From positions 620,001 through 684,000 of the forward strand of contig NMRA01000077.1 of assembly GCA_002633005.1 (NCBI GenBank): 64,000 nt of DNA, written 5' to 3'. A program made the translations under genes and the position numbers. How positions within the stretch are numbered: the first letter of the stretch is position 1; every line of letters begins with the position of its first letter. Source of the stretch: Phoronis australis (lineage: Eukaryota > Animalia > Phoronida). Shown here in pieces: positions 13,817-27,399 of the stretch. The notes under the pieces are model-generated. The model was given only the letters and a program-made list of their open reading frames with translations. It made no database searches and was not told where the DNA came from.

Positions 13817-16199
13817 CAGTGGCGGATCTATGGGGGGGAGGGGTTCAGGGGGTTTAAACCCCCCCCTCGAGCCAGGACCCAAAAATTAGAAAAAAAACCA
13901 AAAACGTCTCCAGCAACACAAAAACGGCACCGCCAGCGTGTGTAAACCCCAAGTAAACCAACTTGGAAAAAAACGAAGGGGGGTTCACTCTAAAAATAAA
14001 TTTTTTTTGCATTGTAAATTGCTGTTATGAAAATCAACGCGTTTCGAGTCTTCGTGGCTCGTCGGCAAAACCCCGGAGATCAATTATGCACGCGCTTGAA
14101 AAAACTCGTTTTTACAAAGAATTGCTATTGTGGCCTGCGCTGTGGTGTGGTCGCGAGTCTGTTTGAAGATGCACTCTAACAAGTTATGTCTATACAAGGA
14201 ATGACCAAGGGGGCACTCACATTGACAAAATGACCACATTCGCGAACAGTGTACAGTACCAGAACTTGCGGGGAGGCTGTATTTTCACAACAAAGTCTTG
14301 CAGGAGTCGTGCGATGTTCAACGGGCCTCCTAAGGAGCCCTAGTGCCGACCTCAACACCTATCGTCTTTCTACCTGCAATAAGCACCAATGCCGTTTTCT
14401 ATACTGGGAATTTCCGCAGAAAGACCCACCCGAAGAAACGTCCATGCCCATGGGCATTTATTTGATGTTAGTACTTCGGGTTTCAAGCGTTCAGACATTG
14501 GGACGGTTATTTCAAAAATTGCAAGAGATGCAAATGGGTCCTGGGATACATCGTCGAGGTTTGAAGTAGTCCGTGATGAACGGATCGAATTTAGTTGCGC
14601 ATGCTGTAAGTCTATTGAATAGACTTGGTTATCTCAGGGGGCTTAGTGCCAACTGAGCTGCGAAATGGGATGCTGACAATGCAGAGGCGTACAAGCTCAT
14701 TGGCACAGCAGTTGACGAAGTGCAAGCGTTGGGAACAAACGTCGAAGATACCTGGGTAGAATGGTTCCAAGAGCAGCAAACCATTGGATCCGATGTACAC
14801 ATTCCTCGGCAGTCTAGACAACAGAAAGATAGGATCAACGTTCCCGGAGAAACACCCAGGCAATAAGTTATAATTATACACAGTTCGTAATAATGTCTGT
14901 TTTTTATGCTTGTGTACAATGAAAAAGGAATAGAAATTATTTTTGGACATGCCAAATTTACCCAGTACAGCAGAGAGTCTACAAGAGCACAGAAACTGAT
15001 TCTGGCTTGTATTTCCACTTGAGTCTATCTTCTTTATATCCAAAATCTATTTCACGTAGTGCGTAGTTAAATCTGCACTCAATACTTGTTTCTTCCAGTG
15101 AGTACTACAGAAGGGTGCGAAAACCCTTCCTAGACAACCTCTTGCAGCAGTTGACCATCAGATGTATGAACTATACGTATGAGCATGCACTGGGGATTAA
15201 AAAGTGTCTAGAGAGAGGTTTTCAATTCAAATTTTCTCGCGACGGACCAGGCCAGCTTGATTTGTGTAGAGAGAGTTTCAGTGTACTTCTGATCCCTCGG
15301 CGAACCAGACTTGTGATGTCTTTTACCAAAGTGTGCTTTGTTAAACTTTTTATCTCAGCCAGTAATGTTTGGTCCCGGGACAGATCGACTATTTTTATAG
15401 GGATAACAACCACAGTTGTACTTTTGATCTCGTGACGGACCAGGCAAGAGTTTTTGTGTACTCTCAGTGTACATCTGGTCCCTATGTGAACTGCTCCTGT
15501 ATATCTTTTCACCACGGTGTAGGCCTACAGAATGTTTTGGTTTCGTGAAACTGTTTTCAGTTGATTTGTTTCCTGATACATTTGACGTTTTTCAGTTGTT
15601 GTCAACGTGATTCAGCTTAATAAAGTGATACCTAAATGTTTTTGTCGCTTTTAATAATAGACTATGAATTACTGAGAGCACCATCGTTCGCCAGTTTTTC
15701 TCGTAACGAGACCGAACACATGTTTATTTCCGGTCAGTACAGGTCTTCGTTGCGATCATCTGATATTCAAGTTTTTACGCCCCGTCGGTGCTCCTTATGC
15801 TCTTGAATATTTGGTAGTTGTCTAAACCCCTGTATACACACCACACTTTTTCGTATGCTAAAAAAGCGCGTGTAAGCACATGTTCCAACAAAAGTTTTTG
15901 CTGGTGGTGTGACTCATACCCAGATGTGCACAATATGGTTTCACGAAACTTATGAGCTAAGTTCATGTGACGAAATCGAGAAGGGTTTTTAATTATCTTA
16001 AGAAAAACTCCATAGACATGTTAAGTGCCAGAAACATACCAGGATGCATGGAAATTTCACTGTTTGTCTACAAAAATAAAACGTTATCTTACGTAAACCC
16101 CCCTCCCAACCTCCCACCCCACTCGGCGCCACGCGCCTTGGATTCGACCTTTGCGGGAATCCTAAACCCCCCCTGACTGAAAACGTAGATCCGCCACTG
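13817..16199 (+). mobile_element. hAT DNA transposon deletion derivative with a 5-bp TSD (hAT5-like)
   Basis: TIRs CAGTGGCGGATCTA / TAGATCCGCCACTG; TSD GATGA on both sides; internal decayed transposase. Confidence 0.88.
14400..15175 (+). pseudogene. Decayed hAT (PRKRIR/ZMYM1-like) transposase fragment
   Basis: Frameshifted peptides LGYLRGLSAN..., EAYKLIGTAVDEVQAL...WVEWFQ...IPRQSRQQKDRINVPGETP, then after a probable intron (14860-15098) SEYYRRV...PFLDNLLQQL. These match motifs recalled from PRKRIR-like hAT transposases. Confidence 0.75.
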
Positions 16200-18605
16200 G
16201 ATGATAGGTGGCACAAATCTACTACGTTGTCTGTGTATAGGACGCGTTGCTGGTGAACTGTCATGTTGGTCTGATGTGTTTTGCGTATCATGTATGTAAC
16301 TTCACAAATCATAATTTAAGGATGTTTAACCTTGTGCTTAGCCCTTTAAGGTGGTTGTTAGATCCAGAAATCCCTTAGATGAAATTTTATTTCACTGAAT
16401 ATTTGACTGATGGGTCTATGTTTAGTGTAGATGTATTTTATAGTTTTAAATGTTCGTTAAAATCTTTAGATAAGATAGTAAAACAGAGGAGGTAATCCTG
16501 TTCCTTTAAAATAAATATGAGCTGAGTGATCTCAGTTGCTGATAAATAATAAATGAAGGATCTTCGTTGTGGTCTTTGGTTGTATACATTGAAATTTGCA
16601 TTACCTGCTGCTTAATTAATCACATTGTGTTTTTGTCACTTTGCACTTCAAATGCCAATATGTAGCTACTAACAAATGATAAGCCAAATTTACATTAAAA
16701 ATCACGTTTTCAAGGCAAAAACTGTACATGACTCGTCCTTTCTCAAAATACTTATTTTAATGGCAGCTAAATTAAATCCTTTGTGGAAGGACAATTGGTT
16801 TCTTTATTCAAACTTGATTTCATAAACCTTTTAAACTGAAAGACTATTTATAAGTTCAAATTCTGACTTATGATTCCTTTTCAAGGAAATGCATGAGATA
16901 TCAGCGAAGATTTTATGAATGATTCGAAATCCTTAGAAAAAAAAACAACTGGCACATTATTGACATCATCCTATGATTTTGCACCTTAATTCTTATGGGA
17001 GTTGGGCCTTATGTAGACTTGCCACAAGTTTTTCTTGTAACTTTTAGTTTTCACACATCTGTTTCAAATGATTGATACCTGTTAAAGCCTATCTTGAACG
17101 GTAGCACTTGTAAATTTGGATCCTACAGTATATCAAGAGCATCGCTCTGAGCCCACTAGTTCCATAAATTGTCAAATGTTACGAACTGTTCGGTGTATTG
17201 GTTGGCTTTTGTCTACGTCACTGCAAGAATCACCTTTTAATTCAAACATCTGCAAATGATATCCCGGCACAGGCAGTGGTGTTCTATTCAGACCGCTATT
17301 CATTACAACTATCGACCTTTTGTTGTTTGAGCACGAATCTTTTGGTGATGCAGTATGGCGTGAAAAGGCAGCTTCACCTATCATTTGACGGGCCTACATT
17401 TACGTGATTAAACTAGCGTTTCCTTGTTTTACTAAGGCTTTGCTAGGAGTACCTAGTTTGCCCAAAACATTTAAAATAACAAAATACTGTTGCAGTTACT
17501 AAGTATGTCACAAACAGATAAACACAACAGTGGGACAGTGAAACAGGTTACCCAACTTATTCATCTCACAGGATAAGCCTGGATCAGGATATCATGGCTG
17601 CCTGTCAATTGTTGCTCAGCTGTAGAAGAATAAGGCTTAACAAAATGACAAGTTGAGTGGAATAAAACAAATTTATTGCTCAATCACCATTTTAGTGAAA
17701 GACCAAACTAAATACACAGGAAAAATTAAGAAATGTCAAATTTATGAAGTCTAATACATCTGTACACCTTAATTTTGACCGCCTAAAATAAACATACAAA
17801 TCCTCAGTGAGTGCAAAAATACTGTTCAGTCTTAGTTGACAGTAAGAAAACAATTGCGGACTTTTTCATTACATGCTCCCTCTAGAGTGGTAAGAGTGAG
17901 AAAGTGACTTCTGTTTGATTCCACCTCAGATTCTGTAGACAAAAATTCACTGCTACACTGTGGTTCATTATTTTAAAATCGGAGGAATAAATTTCACTGT
18001 CGAACCCTCACAGTGTTTGATTTGGTTAAGTTCACTTATTTATATGATCTTTGACATGGGCTGGGCTTGAAGACCTACCCAGTAATCGTAGTCAGGCAGG
18101 ACAGTAATTTTCATTATGGCAGCTATTTTGAAACTGGTACAACTGACACAGTAGACTGTGGACAGGATCTCTGGAAAATGGTCAATCTTACACCTTACTA
18201 CATATTCACTTGTAAAAGATGCCACCCCATTATATCACACAAGACCTAAGGTAATACCTTCCCAGGGTTATGTAGGACCATGGAAAAATGTCCAGATTTA
18301 ATTAATTTATGAATGTCATATCTTAGATATGACTGGAATTTTGTTCTCAAATATAGTGTTAGGAATTGTTTTCAAAATGTTGAACTTTGACGTGAGGGCT
18401 GTCAAAAACTAGATTTTTATTATAAAACCCAAAATTTGCATAGAAAAATGAAATGCAGTATTTTTGTGATTTCATCTTGAACATTTATATCAAACATCGT
18501 TTTACTTTGAATCTACCTTTCTACATGGTTAAATTTCTCTAAAATACATGGTCACATGACTCGATTGGTATAAAACAAAAAATTCTACAGGCTTCCTACT
18601 TACAG

Positions 18606-18784
18606 AAAATATATACTTTTGTCATAAAATATATACTTTTGTCATAAAATGTATACTTTTGTCATAAAATGTATACTTTTGTCATAAAATGTATACTTTT
18701 GTCATAAAATGTATACTTTTGTCATAAAATGTATACTTTTGTCATAAAATGTATACTTTTGTCATAAAATGTATACTTTTGTCA
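18606..18784. repeat. Minisatellite, 20-bp unit AAAATGTATACTTTTGTCAT, about 9 copies
   Basis: Direct reading. Confidence 0.97.
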
Positions 18785-19237
18785 AATCTACAGTATTGTA
18801 GATATTTGTCTAAGTACACAGACTTTTGAATACTTAGCCTTAAACTACTTGCACAACTGGAAAACTGTCTTGGAAATGTCAGTGGACTTACTGAGTACTA
18901 AACAGAGTTATGCAGTTCTAATCAATAGGTAATTGGAAGATGTTCTGCTGACTTTGTTTGATTTTGCTTCTGATCTATTTATGTTACATCACCTGTCTTG
19001 GAGCAAGGTTCCAACAGACCACTTGGGAATATTAGAGATATGGTGGTAAGAGCCTAGTCCTGAAATACCATAAGGCCCCTCTGATTCTGTCGTATTTACC
19101 CACAATGCTGTGTATCAATGGATTCTTTCACCACAGCTGTGTACTGCTACTGAACTGACAAGAATTATTATTTAATGCAACAGAAGTTATACGAACAATA
19201 GTGGCACAAAAAACTGACAAACTTGGGTGGGTTTTGG

Positions 19238-19902
19238 GCACCTCGGTGTCAGGACAAAAACGTTTTGCCCTGTAGAGGGCGCATTATAGAACCAATTACT
19301 TCAAAGTTTTCCATGTGTTAGTTTTCTGTAAGTAGCTATTATCAAGTGCTGCTTAAAGTTGTCTTCGAAATGGTGGATCTGATGCATTTTTCGTCATTTT
19401 CAATGCCATTTTGAACAGGAAGAGCAAATAACGTGAATTTTTTGCTTGTGTTTTCTTTAAGGTATACTCTTTCTAAATATTTTTTTCTCAGACCTACCTT
19501 TTTTGAGTTATTTGACTTTCAATTTAAAAAAAATGCAAAATTTGATTTTTTTTAGAAAATTTTGTGGAATTTTGTGAAACTACTTTATTAGATAGAGTTT
19601 TGAACTGGCTTTCAGAAGACATTTTCCATTTTTCGCTAGGATATCTCGTTTTTAAATTATCCGTAGTTTTCTAATGACGTTCCTTTCTTTACTGAATTTT
19701 GCTGCGCTTTTGTTGGTTTACCTTCTATTGAACAAGGCTATATTTCTAACTCATTTCTGACATCTTCATTCCTCATATGATTGTTATTGGCATGTTCATC
19801 TTGCCACCATCATCATCATCATCATCATCATTGTCATTATCTCTATTTTCGTCTATTCATTCAATTTCGCCAAGTGTTGTTCTTCCGAGCGCTTTCATTT
19901 TT
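19238..19902 (+). mobile_element. HINE family A, older 5'-truncated copy
   Basis: Diverged match to 5160-6030, including CCTGTAGAGGGCGCATTAT and the 3' AATTTCGCCAAGT...GAGCGCTTTCATTTTT end. Confidence 0.8.
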
Positions 19903-19925
19903 AATATCGGTTAATATGTAGAAAC

Positions 19926-20086
19926 TGCTGTGTTTGGTGTCCTTTTAATAAACTGTCATCTTATGCTGTGTTTGGTGTCCTTTTAATAAACTGTCATATT
20001 ATGCTGTGTTTGGTGTCCTTTTAATAAAATGTCATCTTATGCTGTGTTTGGTGTCCTTTTAATAAACTGTCATCTTATGCTGTGTT
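19926..20086. repeat. Minisatellite, 38-bp unit, about 4 copies
   Basis: TGCTGTGTTTGGTGTCCTTTTAATAAACTGTCATCTTA repeated. Confidence 0.95.
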
Positions 20087-20218
20087 CAGAGCAGGCATTA
20101 AATGAACCCTAGCAGGCTGTCCCAGGCAAAAGTGCAATCCCGTTTAGACATTAACTTTTGATATAGCGCAACTGACATGGCGCAACTGACATGGTGCAAG
20201 ATGATCGGTGTCAAACGG

Positions 20219-20232
20219 ACACACACACAAAC

Positions 20233-20270
<38 letters not shown>

Positions 20271-20279
20271 ACACACCCA

Positions 20280-20313
<34 letters not shown>
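20219..20313. repeat. (CA)n microsatellite
   Basis: Direct reading. Confidence 0.97.
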
Positions 20314-22784
20314 AGGTGGCATGGCAGAAGTTGTAGGCAGGAATGTGCAGTGCTTATACTCAAATGTGTTGTTATGGTGTTTCTAATTACCCCCAAGTGA
20401 ACCTAATTCGTGGCATTGAATTTTGCTTCGATGATTTTTTTGATCAGTTGATTGAAGCTTTCTTCATTAGGCCTACTATACATAACCAAGCATTTGAATT
20501 GAACCAAGTCTTGACTGCTGACTGTGTAATATTTTGACAATTTCTGAAAAAAATAAACGGTGGTTTAGGTTAAAATTAGAAGACAAGGCACTGAACAGCT
20601 GACTGGCAAATCATAGAAATTGTGTGAAAATGATCACCTGCATATTTGTGCATTTTTTGCGCAAGCGCAATAGGGATGACCTCTTCTACCTTGCCCCAGT
20701 TTTGCGTTAGGACATATGTTGATACGGAGCAAGATGATCGCGCTCGCAAGTTGCTCTACCTTACAAACGAATGATGAAAATTGTCACCATGGTGTCGATT
20801 TGCTCTATGTCAGTCCTGTGAACACACAGACTTGCCCTCGATCATCTGGGTTGATGTCAGCTGATCTATGTCAACTATTGAAGTGTAAAGGAGGTTATAG
20901 GTAAGTTAATGATGCCATTTAAGAACTTGCCCCAGGTGCAACCTGCCTAGTGTAATTAAGTGGCCATTAATGGACACAGCTATTGTGATAAGAAACTAAG
21001 CAGATGGTCAATGTTCTGAAGTCTCTTTGGGAATTCTAGTTTCCCTTCTAATTTTCTATGGATTAATTACATACCGAGTTCACAACTGATATTTGGTTTT
21101 CATAGAAGTTTACCAGGGAGGGTGAGTTTCTTCTTGACCTATAAGATATGCTGTAAAAATTCTCAACTTTGGATTAAAAATAGTTGCTTAAAGTTGTCAT
21201 TTTTCAAAAGCTTGCTATAGTTACAAATACTCAAAATTCATGTTGATTTTATACAGCTCTGTGTACTCAAGATCATACTTTAAATGAATAATAACCATAA
21301 AGTTTTTATAGTAAGTTACTTGAATTTTTGTTGACGAGTTTAACAACTTTACCAAAACAAAATTACAGCTGTCCAACATTTTGCATCCTAAACCGAAAAG
21401 TTTTAATGGTATGGCTTTTCAGTGTAATCTCAAATGAAATAAAATACAGTAAAGCTTGTCTGACCATATTTCCTGACCAAATAAGTCACTTTTTGCTATT
21501 AAACTCAGAGGTCAATCAAAAAGCTAATGTCGTCACCGGTCACAACTTTTTGGCAAAACAGTAAGATTTTTGCTAGTCACCTGACTTTCGTGGGTCATAA
21601 CTTCAGTATTTCATTTTATAGCCCAAATAACAGGTTGCTCAGTTTTTCTGTTTCCTGACGAACAAAAAGTGAGTTTATTAGCAGCTACTCAGAATGGAGA
21701 ATTATATTTGAATTACTTATAAAATTGGCGAAGTTGGTGCTTTGAGGATGGGAGCAAACTAGGGAAACAGATATTTGAAATGAAATCCATCATACACATC
21801 ACATTGTTGCGTGATTTCTACTGAATTTTCATGAGCATCAATAAATAATACAATCAACCGCGTGGGCACATTTTGAAGCAAACATGATTCTCCATAAATT
21901 GTCAATTAAATAATTCAAATTCGGCAATGCCCTGCACTTTATCCATATGTGCTTTGTATTGTATATCTACTTGGTCATTTCATGACAGAAAATATCTTTT
22001 TGTGAAATATCGGTCTTGTCGAGGAAGCATGTTATGTAATGTAATGAAATGTCAAAACATTTGTTGAGTGAACAGCAAAAATCAGTTTATTTAGTTGACA
22101 AGGTTGTTACATCACATTTATTGACCAATATGCTAAAATTGGCTTATTTGGCCGTTATGGTTGTTATGTCACATCTACTGACCAATGAGATCCCTGAAAA
22201 GTTGGTCGGGTGAATAGCAAAAATTGGTGTATTTGGTTGACTTGTTGGTGAACAGTCACCCCCACATAGCTTCTTCAATTAAGCGAATGTGCAAATCCGC
22301 CATATTTGAATTTGCCAGCGCAGTTGCATTGTGGGAAATGAATGCCTCTATGGCTTGACAACCGATTGTGTTCACTGTTGCTGGGTGTTGTTGTAACGAA
22401 AGTTTAGCACAGAAGCGGTCCATAAAGTTACTTTATTTGAATTCTTATCATAAAATTAATATTAAACGAATAACTAGTGCAGGAAACATGCAACTGTATT
22501 TTATTATAGAAATGTTTTGGAAATGAATAAAGTCACCATTGCTGCATCCCACTTCCGTCGACTGTGACTGTGTTCAACCGGGTGACATTATGCTCATAAT
22601 CAGCCGCAACATTCTCTTACGTATAAAAACTCACGCTGTTCCTAGGCACACGTACTATCCCAGAATGCAATAGAGAGGAACTGGTGTGGTGCATGTGCAT
22701 TGAGATTTGCACTTTCGCTGTTGAGAGCACAATATTGCAGAACAGCTAAATTTTATGTGATGAGATTTTTTCTTATTAATAATG

Positions 22785-24442
22785 ACGACTGGACTTTTTG
22801 TTTGACAGCTTAATACAGAATCGCTTGTAGAGTCGAACAATCTGCTTTATTCGGACGTGCAGCTATGTAGCCAAATGCCGTGAGGCGTAACAGACAAACA
22901 AAGTAAAACACTAGATATATTTCGAGACCGCATGTCTGATCATCATACAATGAGTGAAATGAACATATAGGAAGCGAAATAAACATTGAAATACATGGTT
23001 ACAGAAGCTGTTCACAGGTCTGTACCGTACGCTGGCTCTGTTTCTTTAGGCTTGTGGGCTAATCCTACCAATGCATTGACACTCTGCTTGTATGCCCCTC
23101 TACCTGCTGCACCGTGTATTTCACTGTTTATTTCGCTCATTGCCTGATAAACAGACATGCAGTCTGGAAATATAGCTAGTATTTGATTACTTGGCGAAAT
23201 AAATTTCTTTGTCCGATCATCACGAAATTTACACATAACACGTACTTTCGGAAGTACTGGAAGCCTATTGTTTTTCGTCAAAATTGGATCCAAGATGGCG
23301 GTTGTGGCGGCCATTTTGTTTTCATTTAAAGGTTCAAATGCTTCTGGAGGCTACAATTTTTTACGTAAAAGGCTAAGAATCAGCACAGTAAATGGACCGG
23401 AAGTTTGCTACAAGTATACCGGAAATTGTTTACTTCCGGTTAAAGATGGCGGAAATATCGGCGATCGCGCATGCGCACCTCGATTTTGGCCTAAAAACGT
23501 TTTCTCCTGTAGAGGGCGCATTATGAGACCAATTCCTTCGAATTTTTACAGGTATTAGTTTCTTATGACATGCTATTATACAAAGCCAAAAAACCGGAAG
23601 TTGCTTTCAAGATGGCGGATCTGGCGCATGTTGACCCATTTTCAGTCGTGCTGGAGTGCGATTTTAAACGGGAAGAGAAAAAGACGTGATTTTTTGCATG
23701 TGGATTCTTTGAAGTATATTCTTTCAAATGGCCTGTAACAATTTTTTTCTCAGACTTACCGTTTTCGAGTTATTTGACTTTGAATTTCTTAAAAAAACCC
23801 AAAATTTCATTTTTTTCGAAAAATTTACGGAATTAAGCGATACCATCAGTTTAGATAGAATTTTGAACGGGCTTTCAGAAGATGTTTTCCATTTTTCGCT
23901 AGGACGTCTACTTTTCGAGTTATTTGAGATTTTCTGATAACGCTGTTCCTTTGTTGAGCGCTCTTGCTGCATTGATGTTGGTTTATCTTCTATTGAACTA
24001 GACTGTAGCCTATTTCTTATTGATTTATGACATCTAAGTTCGTCATATGAATGTTGTGATGTTGTTCATCATCGCCACCACCATCATCATATTCGTCATC
24101 ATCGTCATCATCTTCGTCATCATCTCCGTCGTTGTCTTTTCCGTTAATTTCGCCAAGTGTCGCTCAAGATTGTAGCCTTTGTCTTACTGATTTCGAACTT
24201 CTACTTCATCATGTGTATGTTATTACTTCTTTTGTTCATCCTCGCCACCATCGTCGTCATCTTCGTCATTGTCGTTATCGTCATCTTTTTGGTTAATTTC
24301 GCCAAGGTTTGCTTCTCGGAGCGCTTTCATTTTTGTTTGTCTGTTATGTCTCTTGGAGTTTTGCTACATACCTGCACACCCAACGAAAGGAGATTGTTTC
24401 GACCGAGTCTGTGTTAAGCTGTCAAACAAAATGTCCAGTTGT
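22785..24442. mobile_element. Old foldback/TIR element (inverted arms about 22785-22903 and 24331-24442) interrupted by a HINE A insertion
   Basis: AACAGACAAACAAA pairs with TTTGTTTGTCTGTT, and TTTTGTTTGACAGCTTAA with TTAAGCTGTCAAACAAAA; the ORF track shows SVLSCQTK on both strands. Confidence 0.6.
23187..24334 (+). mobile_element. HINE family A, near full-length copy
   Basis: 5' TTACTTGGCGAAATAAATTTC, body near-identical to 4899-6030, 3' AATTTCGCCAAG...GAGCGCTTTCATTTTT. Confidence 0.88.
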
Positions 24443-25153
24443 GTTTCCAATGAAGTTTGTGTTAATGAAGGACTGGTACCGAACTATTAATAATTAGCAT
24501 AACACTTTGGCTTTATTTTTAGCAGTGTTACTATCATGCAGCTGTCAGCAGGCAACTCATGATGACATTCTATATGCATTTGAACAATGGGGTGAGGTTT
24601 TAAAAAGCAATGATATGAACAATTATTTTGTTGATTAACTATAAATAACTGCGTACTCAGTAGTACGTTTCAACTATAAATAACTGCATACTCAGTACGT
24701 TTCACGTCGCCATCTACCTTTTCCTGTTAATCCATTGGGCACTCCTGGGAAGATAGCAAATTGTGCTTATGGATTGGTATTAGTGTGCATTTTTGCACTC
24801 ATAAAAAGAAGGGCAAATCTTTGATTTGTAAAATGCTTGTCTTCTATTACAGGCATATCCATTAACAGGATTTAATTGATATCTAAGAGATGCTGGTTTT
24901 CACTTGAGCCAGCATTAAAACAGCTCTGTTTAAATGCTGATGGCAATAAAAACTTAATCCATCACATTTTGACACTGATAAGTCTTGATGAGTTGTTGAG
25001 CAGTTGAAAAAAATGGAATTCAAATAAGCTGAACAAGTGTTTTGCCACTTCAGTACGTATTTGCAATTGCATAATTTTAACAATTGTGGGTTGGTGATAA
25101 CCTAGAAAGATTACCAAACTTTAACTGGCAGAAACAACCAATGAACTCTCCTG

Positions 25154-25439
25154 AGGCCTGTTTTTCAATGATACTATTGGCTTTTGTCTTTTGGCTTTCG
25201 ACTAAAAATCGACTTCGCATAATGGTTTAGCCTGTTTCACAAAACAGCGTAAGTCTGAAAAAAAGAAAAAAAAATGTCTTGAAATCAATAGTCAAAAATC
25301 TGTAATCTGCTTGACTAGACAGGAGACTAAATGTTTCAGGAAACTTAAGACAAAAAATCAACTTTTGGCTATTCGTTGTCAGATTTCTGAGTTTTGGTCA
25401 ATAGACAAAAGCCAATAGTATCTTTGAGAAAACACCCTC
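25154..25439. mobile_element. PIF/Harbinger-like MITE with CTG TSD
   Basis: Inverted ends GATACTATTGGCTTTTGTCT / AGACAAAAGCCAATAGTATC; CTG flanks both sides. Confidence 0.65.
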
Positions 25440-26129
25440 CTGTGTCTCAAAGTGGAACATTGTGAACATTTACGCCATGTTGTAAAAACATCTAAATTGT
25501 TCTGTACACCTTTTTGGTCATTTTTAAGATGGAATTCTGAAAATAAATGTAATCACTTTTACCTTCATTGTTTAATGCAAGCCACGGTCCATTCATATTT
25601 TCTGACATTGATTTTTTATTGATTTAATTTATTTGCTTTTTTGATGTTCTCTGGTATTGTAATCCCTGCAGTTGAAGTTTTCTTGTAGACTTGCAATTCA
25701 ACTGTAAGTCAATTTTAATATGTCTTTAATATGAACTTTGCAAAAACCATTGTTAGAAAATTCTTTCACATTTGCATTGGGTTGTATGTGTAAAGTCATT
25801 GGCTTCTGAAGTTGGAGGTAAACCAATCTGGTCTGGTATGCACAAAACTTTGAAATATAAGAGATAGATTGCTTTGATTAGTGCTTGACCACCTCATGCA
25901 TTGTTTAACAATAGTAGTGTGATGTGTTATAGTGTGATTTGATTGTTGTTATCCAGCGTATAACTTTTATACCACGATTCCTGTTAACCTGGTTTGTTAC
26001 TACTTTTAATATTTCTTTCCAACCTTGACTGTCTTTATATTCTCAGTAACCATTGCTGTGCAAGCTTGAGTATTTTTCGCCAAGTTTAAACAGTATTTTT
26101 CCATCCTTGAATTGTTCTCTTTTGTCTTG

Positions 26130-26515
26130 AATAGTGGTTAATTGCCAGCAACAATTGTTCATCAGTGTCAAAGAACACTGTAAAGACAGTCGCACACAGT
26201 GCTGTTTTCAACCATCCACTGACAACTGGTCACACTATAGATGGCTCTGGTGTTCACACCTTAGACAAGGATGGTCCCACCCTCAGACTCCTCATAAAGA
26301 AGTCTATGGATATAGGGTTGAACCATGCTCAGCACTATCTCAATAGAAACATTGGTTCATTTGAGCTTCATCTGTTTTGATTTCTGGTTTCTCCCCCTCA
26401 CTATGCATTTAATGTGTACCAGTACATTCTGTTCTGCACCTGTGTCGCCTGTTTGAGTATGTGAACTGTTTCCTTGAGAATGGTTTGATGTAATAAACGG
26501 AAACATTGGATAAAC
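26130..26515 (+). mobile_element. Penelope-like retroelement 3' fragment (GIY-YIG endonuclease C-terminus and 3' UTR)
   Basis: Frameshifted QLFISVKEHCKDS / HSAVFNHPLTTGHTIDGSGVHTLDKD...RLLIKK...LNRNIGSFELHLF* fits the PLE GIY-YIG tail pattern (R.KEH...SAV..H....H.ID......LD....R...E...I...LNR..G). Confidence 0.75.
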
Positions 26516-27399
26516 ATGTCGTTATTTACTTAGGTGCTAATTTTAAAGTTGGTGCTTCTGTTTTGGCCTCAAACAAATGTGATCAATTATTCAAGTTTGG
26601 CCAATTGAGAGGCTATACATGTTGTGCTTGGTTAAAGAGACTCTTAAAAGAAGGAGATCTATGCTGTGGCACTATCATGATGTGATAGGTCAGGCCAACT
26701 GTTTGTACTTATTGAATTACAAGATGTCCTTAGTAATAACCCCTGTCATTAAACTTGCCAAGTGTGGTTGGGGTCACTTTCCTTCCACTATCATAAGTTG
26801 TCTTTTCTTAATGGTAACAGTTACTGCCTTTCTTGTGTTCTTGCGTTAAAAAGTATGCCTCATACATGGGATGCATATTACTGTCTGATGTGGTTGTGGC
26901 CTCTCACTGGTCGGCCATCAGAAGTTATCTCCCTGTGGTGGTGGTGGTGGTAGTTATCTCTCTTCTTGTGCTAGAGATTTCGGAAACCTCCAATTTTGTT
27001 TCAGATGACAGTGGTTTCCAAATCGAGGCTAAATCCTGATATCAACTTAGTCTATTATCTGTTCCCTGGTCTTGTCCAACATCATGACTTGCAGGCCAGT
27101 AATATATCTACAGCAGTTCAACAATGAATTACTGGATAATCTATTAACATAGTACATAGGGCAATGAACCAAGTCAAATTTCTAATGCCCATGCATGAAA
27201 GTTATTGGCCTCTGTCCACTGGCACATATTATCTCCTTTTGGTTGTACTAGTTATCTCCCTTTCTTGTGCTAGAGATGGTGCCCTATGCATGTGAAGAAT
27301 TTTACAATCTGATTTGGTTGTGGCTTCTCTGAGTATCCACCATCAGCAGTTATCTCCCATTGGTAGTAATGGTTATCTCCCTTTCTCTGATTCTTGTTA

